Assembly: GCA_951406725.2 (NCBI GenBank)
Contig: OX597814.1
Location: forward strand, 50,654,001 to 50,718,000
Length of the DNA stretch: 64,000 bases
From: Octopus vulgaris
Lineage: Eukaryota
Reading direction: 5' to 3'
The translations under genes and the position numbers were made by a program. Each line of letters starts with the position of its first letter. The stretch's first letter is position 1. Below are positions 26,249 through 48,786 of the stretch, piece after piece. The notes under the pieces were generated by a model. That model searched no databases. It had not been told where the DNA came from and saw only the letters and a list, made by a program, of their open reading frames with translations.

Positions 26249-26659
26249 CTGTCAGATATTATTTTTTCGACTGAACGAAACACCTACAATTTTGTTCTTG
26301 CTTTCATGCTCCATTTCTGTTATAAGTTTATGACAAGATGCTTGTGTTTGCAAAGCATCTTGTTCCCCCAAATTGTCACGGTGAGCTATAAATCAAATTT
26401 AGACGTCGTTAGCATTTGACCGTGACATCAGATGCGATAAAATCTTTGTATCAGTTCCTGTCCCCGCATTCTAAAACATCGCAAACCTACTTTATTTACA
26501 TCAGTGTTTTTCTTAACCCATTTTTGTCCCATGCTCCACTTCGATTTTCGAAAAAAAATGTAAAAGAAAGAAAAGAAAGCATGCACCACCACCATGAACA
26601 AAGTATGTGGCATATACATCTGTTATTTTTCATCTGTTATTTGTTGTCATTGGATTGTT

Positions 26660-26844
26660 TGTCATTGGACTGCGGTCATACTGGGGCACCACCTTGAAGA
26701 GTTTAGTCAAACAAATCTCCCCCACGACCTATGTTTTCAACTCCAGTGCTTACTCTGTCAATCTCATTTACCGAACCAGCACCGGTAGTTAAGCCGTGGC
26801 GGGGTCGAACACACACACACGCACACACACACACACACACACAT

Positions 26845-26879
<35 letters not shown>

Positions 26880-27032
26880 CGACGGACTTTTCACTTTCCG
26901 TCTACCAAATCCACTCTCAAAGCTTTAGTCGACCCGAAACTATAAACTATAGTAGAAGACGCCGAAGGTGCCACGCAGTGGGACTGAAACTGGAACCATG
27001 AAGTTGACGAGTAAGCTCCTTAACACAGAGCC
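26660..27032 (-). mobile_element. SINE family B, decayed
   Basis: Same diagnostic motifs as other copies. Confidence 0.8.
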
Positions 27033-27035
27033 TTC

Positions 27036-27114
<79 letters not shown>

Positions 27115-28180
27115 CAGTAGTCCCTCGATATTTACAGGGGTTGCGTTTCTAGAGCACCCGCGAATAGTGAAAAACCGAATACAGGACGGGGTCCATAAAA
27201 AGTATTGTAAAATGGACTGTTTCTCACCAATAATGAATGATATTGATTTAAGACGATGGTGAAAATAACGAAGGTAATGACTGCACAGCAAAGACGATTT
27301 AAAGCTCTTCAGGTGATGCCTCTTCAGGTGATGCCTCTTCAGGTGATGCCTCTTCAGGTGATGCCTCTTCAGGTGATGCCTCTTCAGGTGATGCCTCTTC
27401 AGGTGATGCCTCTTCAGGAGTTTTAGGGGATGTTGTATCTTCGTGCGAGGCTTTCTTGAGGAATATTGTGATGGGAAGTTTCTGTCGTTGTTTCTTCATG
27501 GTGGCAAGGAGAGTTTTACCATGTCTGCATGGTAGCACCGTTGGCATTTTTAAATTGGAGAGACCGAACCATATAGGGATCCCATGCTTCTGCCTTCCTT
27601 CGCAATTTCTTTGATGTCCTTAAAAGGTCGGATAGAGGTTCGACTGCCAAGCCCACCTCTACCCCCTCTTCCTCTGGATCTGGTGCTTCCTCCTCCGCCT
27701 CGCTGGCAGATTTCATTAACTCCAACAAATCTTCGTCAGTCAGGGTTTCAGAGAGGGCATCGATGAAGTCGTTGACCTCATCTTGTGTGATGTCGTCAAA
27801 ACCTTCTCCACCAAGTACCTTTGCCAGTTTCACCGCATTGTTGACAGCCTCGTGCTGAATATCTTCAGATGAGAAGCCCTCTTAGACCTGGACACACTCT
27901 GGCCACATCTTACAGTATGCGATGAGAGTTTCTTTTTTTCATGTATTTAAAAGCAACGTGGATGACTGACAGGCACATTGCGATCATGAAGTTACGCCAG
28001 TACTCCTTTAACTTGAAATTCTCGTCCGAGTCCATTGCGTCTACAAGATATTGGAGAGAGTTCCGAGTGTAAAGTACCTTAAAAGCACGGATCTCGCCTT
28101 GATCTATAGGCTGGATAAAGTGGTGGCGTTGGCAAGGAGGAACTCGACTTGAACTCCCACGTGATTCAAATCCAAAGAGT
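27115..28180 (-). mobile_element. Tigger/pogo-family transposon, 3' half with transposase relic
   Basis: TA|CAGTAGTCCCTCG TIR at 27113-27127. Minus-strand peptides IQPIDQGEIRAFK..YWRNFMIAMC..WPEC..GGEGFDDI..LTDEDLLEL are typical of Tigger1-like transposases. Confidence 0.9.
27306..27418. repeat. 15-bp tandem repeat (TCTTCAGGTGATGCC) x ~7.5
   Basis: Perfect tandem copies that encode EEASP on the minus strand. Confidence 0.97.
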
Positions 28181-28214
28181 GATTGTTTGTTTGTTTATTT
28201 ATTTATTTATTTGT

Positions 28215-28445
28215 ACTTGCAAGCATTCACTCCAGACCTCTGGTTTGCAAGCAATGGAGCCAGACCTCCGGTTTGCAAGCATTCGCATCAGACCCCGGGT
28301 TTGCAAGCGTTCATACTAGGCCTCTGGTTTGCGAGCATTCGCACCAAACTTCAGGTTTGCAAGTATTCGTGCCAGGCTTCGGGTTTGCAAGCATTCGCGC
28401 AAGATCTTGGCTTTGCAAGCATTTGCACCAAACCCCGGGTTTGTA
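28215..28445. repeat. ~28-30-bp minisatellite (GGTTTGCAAGCATTCGCACCAGACCTC) x ~8
   Basis: Recurrent GGTTTGCAAGC core. Confidence 0.9.
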
Positions 28446-28729
28446 CGAATGATTTCCTTTGAAGTAGAATGCTTGAAAACACAAGAGATAAGGAATTCTT
28501 CCAGTCTATATATTAACGAACATTTAATCTTAGAATGTTCATTTATCTTCATAAAAGTCGAGACATGTCTATGCTAAAGAATGGACTGTATAATGGCTTT
28601 GCTTAGTTTGTATTTTCCAATTTTATTTCCATTAATTTATTTTTGGTATTTTTTTATCATTTGCATCTGTTTGTATTTCTGTGTTGGTTTTTTTTGTCAA
28701 TGGAATACTAAAATAATATGAATATAAAA

Positions 28730-29215
28730 CAATGGGAAACTATAGGTGATTTGGCAGTGCTCTCGGACCCACTCGCATGAAGATGTGCAGGTACACAGCT
28801 ATTGTGAGGTTATTTCAATGCAATAATTTGTATAATATGCGAAATACTCAGCAATTACCAGCAAGCTTTTACCGTAAAAATCACTTTACATATTCTTCAA
28901 TGAATTTAATATACGCTATCAAATGTCAAGGATATAATGAAGATTACTCTAAGAAATATATTAACCATTCGCCGATAGCAAATACGAGACCCCAGTACTA
29001 GACATATCCCATTCGCCGACAGAAAATACGAGACCCCAATACTAGACACATCCCACTTAGTGGTCACATAGACATATGTGCAAAAAATAAGTCTCCCAAA
29101 TTCCAGGTCTTCCCACTCTACCTATGTTCAGAGAATACCACAGATGAAGTATGGATAAACAAAGAAAATACTTTCATACAAAAGTACAAATCATGACTTA
29201 ACAAACTTTAACAGT
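28730..29215 (+). pseudogene. PLE GIY-YIG endonuclease relic
   Basis: KNHFTYSSMNLIYAIKCQGYNEDY..RDPNTRHIPLSGHIDIC..FQVFPLY..KENTFIQKYK. Confidence 0.65.
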
Positions 29216-29894
29216 GTACATACACAAATAACTATTCACACACAAAATTCATTCTGCCATTTATCATGAGGAAGCTACGCAGCTAACAACCTAAATTTGT
29301 ATTATTCGACTACATACAAACGACTCCTGTCCACTCTTCCACCAGACATATTAAATTTGGTCTGTCTTGATTATAACTAAAGCATGCTCACTCAACCGTA
29401 TCGGCCTTCTTCTGAGGCGCAAAATATACTGTCACGTGACACTAACACACGGACGTAGCAGAAGACGTACAAAAGGTTATTAATTTAATCATGTGTTCAT
29501 TCTCTACAAACACTCGACAGAAAACATTCAGAGCATTGATTGTTTGGACTTGTTCAGTCAACCATGTCAGTCTTAACTTACGACGCCAAACATTGTCACT
29601 TGATACTAACACGGATGTAGCAGGGAACCTACAAAAATTTCTAAGATCAGTCATGTGACTATCCTCTACCAATAAAATCTTATCCAAAGCATATACTAGA
29701 TTGAGCCATGAACTCCCTATAAAAACAGGACAAAGTTCAAACACTAGTCAGAAGTAAAACAGCTGCGGCATAAACCACGTCTTTCTATTTGAACTTTTTG
29801 AAAATCGGTGTAAACTGTGAAACCGGTTAAGCTGCAAATATTTTAACTATTCTCAGTGCATTTTCAACTTCTACTTTTCCTATATATAGTCAAT

Positions 29895-30086
29895 CCAAAC
29901 AAGAACAAGTAAGAAAAAACAACAGCGCGAGGACGTGGTACAAGTACTGCGTTACTAGACACTCAGGAAAGGAAAGGAAAGAAAGAGGATTTTACGTTTC
30001 GAGCGGAGCTCTTCATCAGAAATATAGAAAAAGTCCAAAGAAGGGAAGACGGAGAAAGAAAATCGCCAACGATACACACGCGGTCA
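29895..30086 (-). mobile_element. Short PLE-derived unit (sister subfamily) carrying a hammerhead
   Basis: Same layout as 9358-9546 (CTCAGGAA..TTTTACGTTTCGAGC..GCTCTTC) with diverged flanks. Confidence 0.7.
29986..30026 (-). ncRNA. Minimal type I hammerhead ribozyme, canonical core
   Basis: ATTT-CTGATGA-A-GAGC tcc GCTC-GAAACGTA-AAAT. Confidence 0.72.
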
Positions 30087-30104
30087 CACACACACACACA
30101 CATA

Positions 30105-30151
<47 letters not shown>

Positions 30152-30184
30152 TATATTATATACATATATATGTATATATGTATG

Positions 30185-30244
<60 letters not shown>

Positions 30245-30249
30245 TATAT

Positions 30250-30410
30250 GGGGGGGAGAATTCACAAAAAAAATACAAGGTGAAGACAGGTGGTGTAGAC
30301 AACGCTCGGGAAGTGAAGAGGTCTTTAAAGTTTCGAGCCTACGCTCTTCCACAGAAAGGAACAAGGAGAGAAAATATAGAATGTGTAGTGGCTAGCGATC
30401 TATCATGTCG
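30250..30410 (-). mobile_element. Short PLE-derived unit with damaged hammerhead (core CTGTGGA)
   Basis: Homologous to 9358-9546. Stem III and the triplet are mutated to GAAACTTT. Confidence 0.7.
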
Positions 30411-30639
30411 AATGCCTGATGGAGGGGTCATATATTTTTATAAGTGCTTCTTTATAGATGCAAAGCAATGTGGAGAAAATGGTACTCGAATACCAAACGT
30501 AGAGTAAACTATATAGTTAGAGAATATTTAATAGAAGAACCCAGAAGTTTTCAGTTCATGTTACAATAACTTTGTCTCGTTGTCTCGTAGTTAACTAGAA
30601 TAATATGGGTAAACTCTATAAATCTAATGAATATAATGA

Positions 30640-31040
30640 CAACCCCATGTGCAATCGTAAAGATCCTAGTATCTGATTTGTTAATGGCAATACTCTGATC
30701 CAAGTAGTTGTATGGAGGGCAAGGTCCATGTCGATAATAGCCTTACATGTTAAAGTTACACCGGAGCCAAAAGAAAAATATGATTCTTGGCAAGGTTTTA
30801 CCAGCATAAGCATTTCTTTAATAACCGAAAATTAGTTCCCCCACAAGTGTATCCAAATATGTATGGTGACTGAAAGAAGCTGAATCTGCCCTTTCAAAAT
30901 CTACCGTTCGACCTTGGAAAGAGAAAATCCATACAAAATTCCATAAAATTATGTTTAAGTGAGAAGTATTTTATCCTATCTTAGGACAAATAGATGTTAA
31001 CCAGTAAAACTGAATTACTGACCTGTTGCAGACAGTTGCT
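30640..31040 (+). pseudogene. PLE GIY-YIG endonuclease relic (C.LCL.EK / LLN.R.EL..CRH type)
   Basis: CNRKD..NGN.L..VVWRA..YTG..RFYQHKH..TSVSKYVW*LKE..KLCLSEKYFIL..MLTSKTELLTCCRQ. Confidence 0.75.
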
Positions 31041-31537
31041 ATCGAACGATAGATGTATATATCCATTTCTCACTTCCGCATATGTTGCATGTATCATAAT
31101 GTTTTGTATCTTTGAACTTGCTTCGATTCCTTCGGAACGTCGTATTCGATCTTTATACGATTTTATAAGTGTTTTTACTTTACATTTTGCTTTTTATATG
31201 ACTTTTTATCGATTGGATTATAGGTTATACACACGTTATTGTATTATATAATTTTATCATATTACAATTTCTTTTTAAATTATCATTTCCTATTCAAATT
31301 GATTTGATAGAAATTTTACACATCCCAAATACTTTTTTTTCCAGTTCCTTACATATTTTGAAATTGAATCTCACCTGTTTTATTTTGGTGAGTCTTCCTG
31401 CGTTTGTGTGTCTGTTTTTATATGCTTTTTGGCTTCTTCACACTCTACACGTAGAATAATACCTTTAATTCTTAATCTGTCTAAGTTCTATTTCTAATGC
31501 ATGATTTCTAATCTCTCTTACTCCTATTATGTACATA

Positions 31538-32623
31538 TGTAGGAATACGACCGTACGTAAGGAGTTGTTGACAAATGTCTCCTTTTAACGGCGCACGGTC
31601 GTCCCTAACAAAATAAGAGAGCCAAATACATGATATAGAATACAGTGCCAAAAGGAATGAGTGCAGGACAACAAACCGTTCTACTGTTTGAGAGAGAAGA
31701 CTTTATTTATAATGGGTACAAAGTGAATGTGTTGTGAGTGCTAGCGTAGTGTTGTGTATGAATGCGTGCACATAGTATTTGTGTCTGTGTGTTCGTGTGT
31801 GCAACAGAAGGTACAGACAAAGGTGTATGCGTATAACAGAAATACAGAATACAGAGCATAAGATAAGTTCTCAGCATATTGAATTAAGATAGAGTTAGTT
31901 TACCAGTTCATGAGTTACACAATAGTAAGTTCTATAACAAGATGTTGTGGGTCACGTGGCAGAGCCGGTACCTACATGTGTAGAAGTTGGGGTTATCATG
32001 CCGTGTCGAATCTCTTGATATAGTAAGTTCTTTCAGATAGACTGACTGTTTCTTCTCGGTGAAAGATTCACGCAAACAGCGTGGAGTTAAACCTGATCGT
32101 GTTGATGTGTACATGCTGTTGGCGATGGAATGGTGACGATGGTGGAGACGATGTAAATTTGAAATACGACGATGGTGATGACGGCGGCGGAGATGAGATC
32201 GTCCTGCGTAGCGGGTGTACAACAGCGTCTTCATAGCTGGAGCAGTAGCATAGTTGGCTGGCTGGTCGTCTGTCGCTGGAACTGGAACATAGCTGAGTAG
32301 CCCTGTGGTCAGTGACTAGACCTCAAAAGGTCTGAAGCCGAAAGACAGAGAATAGTGAAAACAGGTTTATTTATAGGGTTAAAATGGCTCAAAGAAGGGC
32401 ATCTGAAACACAGTGGTAGGCTCAAATGAAGCAGGCCATATCCGAAGGCCGTGATTGGTTGGCTTTACACCTGGTGCGAAATAAGTAGGGAGACAAACCG
32501 CGCCAAATGCCAGCCAATCAGAGCAGTGGACACAACAGGGTCAAACTAGCCAAAGTTGGTTGTAATCTCAAACGAGATCATTCTTATTGTTTCTCAAAGA
32601 GTGAGGATATCAATATCGCTACA
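31538..32623 (-). mobile_element. Solo LTR (1086 bp), probably Ty3/Gypsy
   Basis: CATA|TGTAG...CTACA|CATA gives inverted termini and a 4-bp TSD. On the minus strand, CCAAT boxes (~32453-32518), a TATA-like TATAAAT (~32370) and AATAAA (~31702) follow in U3-R-U5 order. Confidence 0.8.
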
Positions 32624-32778
32624 CATACATACATATGTATTTGTTTCTTAACCCATATGTAATACCAACACTCAACGTAAATAGTAGTTTTTTTTAAATT
32701 TAGCTCACACCTCCATTTCTTTTTCTTTTTCTTTCTTTTTCCTTCTTTTTCTCTTTCTTTCCGTTGCTTTATATGAAT

Positions 32779-33330
32779 AGAGGCAAAAACCTTGAAACTA
32801 TAGTCCGTATGTATCACTTAGGTTTTCGAGGGAGGATGACCTCCCTTTGCAAATAACACAAGAGCACTGAAATTGTGTCTAAGGCCAGCTGGAGACGTCG
32901 ATCACCTGGGGCTAAAAGCGTCAGTAACACCCACCCCCAGTGGCTAGTCACATTCAGATGGCTAGTACACTTTACGTTGTCGAGCGGTTACTGTTTATAT
33001 CTCGTTCGGAGATTTATTAATGCTTTCAGACAGTTTTTCTAAATCAGTGACTGTGGTTGCTGGGAAAAACGTTAAATATTATTTGCAAAGGTCTCCTTCA
33101 TCGAAAACCGGTGTTTACCATACGTTGACGAGAGGCAAAAACCTTGAAACTATAGTCCGTATGTATCACTTAGGTTTTCGAGGGAGGATGACCTCTCTTT
33201 GCAAATAACACAAGGGCACTGAAATTGTGTCTAAGGCCAGCTGGAGACATCGATCTCCTGGGGCTAAAAGCGTCAGTAACACCCACCCCCAGTGGCTAGC
33301 CACATTCAGATGGCTAGTACACTTTACGTT
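32779..33330. repeat. 200-bp direct repeat x2 (period 352 bp), probably a DNA-transposon subterminal region
   Basis: 32779-32978 and 33131-33330 are nearly identical. The spacer carries an inverted echo TTATTTGCAAAG..CGAAAACC. Confidence 0.9.
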
Positions 33331-33882
33331 AACTCACTCTTCATTATAGCAATATTCAATATTTAATTTTTTCGCGATCCTCATTCGCCCTTATCTTCAT
33401 TTTTAATTTCCGACATTTTTTCTATAACTATTTTTTTACATCACTACAGTTAATAAGCTTATTACTATGCATAAATGCAAATTATGTTATACACTTTTTA
33501 AATCGATTTTCATTCGTTTTTAATGCTTATAATATTTTTCGTTCGACGGCCAATAGTTTATATGTGAGATTCCAGGAATTTTTAAAATAACCATTTACCC
33601 AATTAGCGATTAATATTTATCCGATGAGCTGCCTCAAAATTACCATGGTGCCTTTTCTAAATATTTATAAACCATCGCGCTGTTCCAAAAGTTTATTTCT
33701 TTCTTATGATCGGTTACGCGAAACTCTATAACTAAATTTAAAAAGGATCTCAGCGTGACATCTTGGGCAAGAATCATCTACAATACCCTCACGCCAACTA
33801 AAGCCTTGTGAGTGGACCTGCTGGAAGCCCGTCGTATATATGTGTGTGTGCGCGCGCGCGTGTATGTGTGTGTGAATATTTG

Positions 33883-33931
<49 letters not shown>

Positions 33932-33978
33932 GTTTGTATGTGTGTGTATATATATATGTATATGCATGTATGTGCGTC

Positions 33979-34024
<46 letters not shown>

Positions 34025-34126
34025 TAAATACAAAAATGGATAATTATAGACTTATTACATAATACATCATAGTGCATAATATATGTAATATATTATATAT
34101 ATTCTTTTCTTTATACATATACATAT

Positions 34127-34754
<628 letters not shown>

Positions 34755-34757
<3 letters not shown>

Positions 34758-35088
34758 GGAAGACCGGTTTATAGGTTTCCCGTCTCTGAAGTGTTTAGCT
34801 TCATGGCGTATCGTCAGATCCCAAAAACCTGTTGGCTCATGACCTTTTTAAAAACGAACCTTTTCGCTCCCTGGCCAGAGCGTTTTAAATTTAAGTAGGC
34901 CGCGCTTATATGTATTTACGGTAGTCACTGGTCTCTCATAAATATGGAACGATTTGACCCCGGCTTCTGCTAAAGAGATCTTTAAGAGATCATGGGCCAA
35001 CAGATTTTGGAGATCTGACGATACGCCATAAAGCTGAACCCTTTAAGGATGGGAAACCTAATGTATTCCTATAAACCGGCCTTCCCCA
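34755..35088. mobile_element. MITE with ~100-bp imperfect TIRs
   Basis: TGGGGAAGACCGGTTTATAGG...CCTATAAACCGGCCTTCCCCA, with internal ATGGCGTATCGTCAGATC / GATCTGACGATACGCCAT. A lone arm also occurs at 39010-39111. Confidence 0.85.
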
Positions 35089-35179
35089 TTTTGAATATAA
35101 ACTGCTCTACATCTTAGAGTGTGATTCTTCATCTGGCTATATGATTTTTACAATCGATATATATATATTTTTTTCTTTA

Positions 35180-35539
<360 letters not shown>

Positions 35540-35597
35540 CTATATACATACACACACCTATTTACATACAATACATACGTACGCATGTAACATACAC

Positions 35598-35665
<68 letters not shown>

Positions 35666-36206
35666 TTGTGTGTAACATGCATATAAATATATAGTAATAT
35701 TTTATATACTTATTATATTCTATAATTTATTACGTAAGATATGTATAATATGTTAAACGTCTGTATGCACGTATTTATATATATATACATATATGTTTTC
35801 TATATAAATTCATGCCTATATGCAGTACATATATGCATACATACGCACGTACCTATATGTTATAAATATGAATTCATGCATATATACAGAAAATACATAC
35901 ATACATAAGACATAAGTATTCACATGCATATATGCATACAAACACATGGTCCCAAAAGAAACTATGAAACATCCATGCACATAATTGTTGATATAGTTGA
36001 TAATAACTTGTCATTCCTCTTCTGTACCAGGTCTGCCTAATATTTATCAATAGATGTACTGGGACATACTTGAACTCCCTAAACTTCAACTAGGAGTTAT
36101 TTCTGTGTTAACACACACCTGACTTTTCAAAATTTTGTAATTCATCGTTCATTTTCATAGAAATTACTCATGCTTTTTCTGCATCATTTGTTTGTGTACG
36201 TGTGCA

Positions 36207-36358
<152 letters not shown>

Positions 36359-36440
36359 GTAAGTATAGCTATATACACATATATATATTCACACATATAT
36401 GTCTTTATATATATATATATATATGTATGTGTATGTATGT

Positions 36441-36491
<51 letters not shown>

Positions 36492-36647
36492 CATATATAA
36501 GGATGTACATATATGCATGCCTAAATAAATATAGTTATATACATAATCGCACTCACACGTATTCACACACATACACACGCGCGCTGAGATATATCTATTC
36601 ATGACCACGTATATAAATGAAATATATGTAAGTGTATGGTGTGTGTG

Positions 36648-36688
<41 letters not shown>

Positions 36689-37629
36689 GACAGACAGACC
36701 GACATATATATATATATATATCTACATACATAGCGCAAACATACATACATACTCATGCATGTATATATATTATATAACGTGTGCATCAATATATATATAT
36801 ATATGTATATACATACATACATATATGCATACATACGTACTTACACTCGCATACAGTCATACACACATCCATTATTTTATGCGTATTATTAACTTTGGAA
36901 CTGTTTTTTCCTTGTGGTATCTATAAAATACTGAGAAATTACCCTCTATGGACCAGCAAGGTTTTACGCCTGACATTTCGGTTAGAACGAAATCACAAAA
37001 TAAAGTTATATTTTGTAATTGTCTATTTCAACATGAGTGAATGATGTTTGTAAAAGAAATAACTTTAAACAAAAAAATAATGTTTATTGTTAGATTTTAA
37101 TATATGTCTGAAAACGTATGTTGATTTCCTATGTTTCACTGTTGCATTATATACGTACGTAATGTATACCTATATACGTATGTATGTGGTATGTATGCAT
37201 GTATGTATGTTTGTAGGTAGGCAGATAGGTACGCAGGTATGTAGGTGGGTATATAGTTGCGTAGGAAGGGAAGGAAGGAGGGAGGGAGTTAAGGAGCGAG
37301 AGGAGACTGTGTGTATGTGTATGCATGAATGTATGGATGGAGGGATGGATAGATGGATGGTTGTATGCATGTATAAATGAATGTAATATGTACGTACATA
37401 TGTGTATATAATGTATGTATGAATGTTTGTACGGCTGTGTAGATGTGTCTGTGAGAGACAGTGAATAAGCGTGTGGGGGTGCGCGTATGAATAGATAGAT
37501 ACATTGACAGACGGACAGACTGTCAGGCAGACAGACAGATCGATAGATAGATTGATAGGCTGTTGGTGTGTCAGTATGTGTGGGTGAGCGTGTGTGAGTG
37601 TGTGTGTGTGTGTGTGTTTGTGTGGACAG

Positions 37630-37772
37630 ACATTCCCAGCTATACGGTTTGGGGTTCAGTCCTGGTACGTAGCATCTTGGGAAAGCGCTTCATTCTATAC
37701 CTTTGGGCCAACCAAAGCCTTGAGTAGATTTGGTAGACGGAAGCTGGAAAAACCTCGTCGTGCGTGAGTATC

Positions 37773-37820
<48 letters not shown>

Positions 37821-38016
37821 CTCTTGTGTGCATGTGTGTTTTTGTGTCTACGTTTGTCAACTGTTACTGCTAGATAACAGGTTCTAGTAGGTTTACGCCC
37901 CTCAGTTCGGCCTATGAGGCCGACAGAATAAGTACCAGAGGTCCATTCCTTTGGCTAAAAATTGTTCAAGGCGATGCCCCAGAATGGCCTCAGTCTAATA
38001 CCTCAAACAAGTAAAA
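37630..38016 (+). mobile_element. SINE family B, decayed
   Basis: GGTTCAGTCC..GATTTGGTAGACGGAAGCTG..AGAATAAGTACC..AAACAAGTAAAAG. Confidence 0.75.
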
Positions 38017-38129
38017 GGTTAACGGAATATATAGACATTTCTATGTATATAGATATGTATAAAGTGTATAGCATTTGTATACTAAAGAGGTGACCCTTTA
38101 CAAGACGCCTTCCATACTAGAGAGGGATG

Positions 38130-38580
<451 letters not shown>

Positions 38581-38611
38581 AAAAACATGTTTTAATGAAT
38601 ATATATATATA

Positions 38612-38774
38612 GGCGTAGGAGTGGCTGCGTGATAAGTACCTTGCTTACCAACCACATGGTTCTGGGTTCAGTCCCACTGCGTGGCACCTTGAGCAAGTGT
38701 CTTCTACTATAGCCTCGGGCCGACCAAAGCCTTGTGAACGGATTTGGTAGGCGGAAACTGAAAGAAGCCTATCG

Positions 38775-38807
<33 letters not shown>

Positions 38808-39001
38808 ATGTGTTTGTGCATCTGTGTTTGTCCCCCCAACATCGCGTTGCAACCGATGCTGGTGTGTTTACGTCCCCGTAACACTAGCGGTTCGGCAAAA
38901 GAGACCGATAGAATAAGTACTAGGCTTACAAAGAATAAGACCTGGCGGTGCTTCAGCATGGCCACAGTCAAATGACTGAAACGAGTAGAAGAATAGAAGA
39001 A
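38612..39001 (+). mobile_element. SINE family B, full length (reference copy)
   Basis: GGCGTAGGAGTGGCTGCGTGATAAG A-box region, GGTTCAGTCCC B box, GGCACCTTGAGCAAGTG CORE-like motif, internal (TA)n(TG)n and a short-repeat tail. Confidence 0.92.
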
Positions 39002-39009
39002 CATACAAA

Positions 39010-39111
39010 AAGGTCATAGGCCAACAGGTCTTGGGGTCTGAAGATACGCCATAAAGTTAAACCCTTTATGGTCGGGAAACCTAGGATAACCCCATAAACC
39101 GGTCTTCACCA
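39010..39111. mobile_element. Single arm of the MITE at 34755-35088
   Basis: GATACGCCATAAAG..GGGAAACCTA..CATAAACCGGTCTTCACCA. Confidence 0.8.
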
Positions 39112-39119
39112 AGAAAAAA

Positions 39120-47000
<7,881 letters not shown>

Positions 47001-47089
47001 ACTCGCACCCACGCACGCTCTGCATGCCCTCCACACACCCGCTTGCACAGACACGAATGACAGATCATTTTCATCCGCGTGACTGAGGA

Positions 47090-47760
47090 TCGGGGACCCT
47101 CACACACAGAAGCCATTCATCATTACACACTACAGTTTCGTGCTGCAGCTTTAAATCCTACCAGAGATCTCCCCGTCCAGCCCTCGATGCTATTGCTCCA
47201 TTTTCGTCCTTGTCGCATGCAATCCAGATTTTAATCCACACGGATGAGAGCACAGAATCTCAGGGCCTTGATAACGTGGCAAAAATAATGCAGTTTAGCC
47301 GTACGAGCGTTGTCACCAAATATCCGTCCGGTCCACTTCCTCCAAAACTGAAGTTTTCCTTCTTCTGACCACCCTACTGATTTTGAGCGGTCGCCTGCTG
47401 CACTTCATTTTGAACACATTCAGTCTCTTTGTGTCAGGCACCCCTGGAAGCTCACGCTTCACACCCATACACTGCTACTGGCCAGACCAGGCGTTTTAGA
47501 AGTTTTAGCTCAGTGTTGCCGGGGACGCACTAACTTTCTCTGAGACGACAGGACTAATTTTCCGGCGCCAAGTCTTGCTTTGATTATCTGTCTATAGTCC
47601 GCTGCTTGGTACCTGAAATTGTCAACCAGCATTACTGCAATCTCCTGTCTGTGTATGACAAGTTGCTCTGTTTCCCTGGCGGTTGCATAATCCTTTTGGT
47701 GCTGCAGTTTAGTTGAAACTCGCTCGAGACTCAACTTTGCCAACCAGTATATGGAGCTTA
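47090..47760 (-). pseudogene. RTE-clade LINE relic (RT C-terminal/thumb region)
   Basis: VDNFRYQ..IKARLGAG..KRLVWPVAVYGCEA*..RLNVFKMKCSRRPLKIS..KLHYFCHVIK parallels the RTE motifs FKYLGS, YGCESW, AFEMWCYRRMLRIS and YFGHVMR. Confidence 0.75.
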
Positions 47761-48154
47761 GACAGCGACGTAGCGAATAGCACGATATCTAATTCTTTAT
47801 TGCCCACAGGAGGATCGAATAGTACGATATCATCAGCATAACAGGTTATTTAGCTACCAGCCACTGATCCATATACCGTTCCACACGAGATCACCTACAG
47901 ATCTTCAGAGCGAAGTGGAAATGGGGGTATGCATGAGGAGGACGGGGTTCTCTTATTTTTCAGTTGAAAGGAGAAAGGGTACAAAACTTAATATCCTCTC
48001 CAACACAACTCCAGCTATACAAACATTAGCTTACCTCTAATTTCTAAAACCAATTTCCTTCACTCTGTACGTGTGAGTGAGTGTATTCATGTACGTACAC
48101 ACACATACATACACATATACATGCACACACACATACACACACAAATTTATATTC

Positions 48155-48359
48155 TGTTATTCTTTTATTCGTTTCAGTCATTTGACTGCGGCCGTGCAGG
48201 AGCACCACCTTTGGTCCAACAAATGGAACCCGGGACTTATTCATTGTAAACCTAGTACTCATTCTATCGGTCTCTTTTGCTGAACCGGTGAGTTACGGAA
48301 ACGTAAACACACCAACATAGGTTGACAACGATGGTGGGAGGACAAACACAGGCATACAA

Positions 48360-48360
<1 letters not shown>
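48155..48360 (-). mobile_element. SINE family B, 3' half
   Basis: TTTCAGTCATTTGACTGCGGCC..TTCTATCGGTCTCTTTTGC. Confidence 0.85.
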
Positions 48361-48420
<60 letters not shown>

Positions 48421-48509
48421 TACATATATATACATATATATATATATACATATATACATATATACATATACATACATATATGTGTGTGTGTGTGTGTTTG
48501 TGTGTGTAA

Positions 48510-48786
48510 GAGCAATGGCCCAGTGGTTAGGGTAGCGGACTCGCGGTTGTAGGATCGCGTATTTATTGACCAAAAACACCTAAAGCTCCACGAGGATCCG
48601 GCATGGGGTGGTGGTGATCCCTGCTGTACTCTTTCGCCACAACTTTCTCTCACTCTTTCTTCTGTTGGCCTGCTCACTTAGCCAGCGGGGTGGCGTCATT
48701 TGAAGGCTAAAACAATGCGAAGCGCATTGTGACCAGCGATGTGTAGCAACATCTGATAGCCTTCTCGGTCACAGTGATCACGGTGA
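48510..48786 (+). mobile_element. SINE family C
   Basis: GCAATGGCCCAGTGGTTAGGG A box (B box deleted), with shared body and tail. Confidence 0.88.

Noticed and set aside
27306-28445. CRISPR-like arrays
   Set aside because: The repeats are contiguous tandem units with no unique spacers, no cas genes are present, and the context is eukaryotic.
31932-32234. 100-aa Arg/His-rich CDS
   Set aside because: It lies inside the solo LTR and has no recognisable domain.
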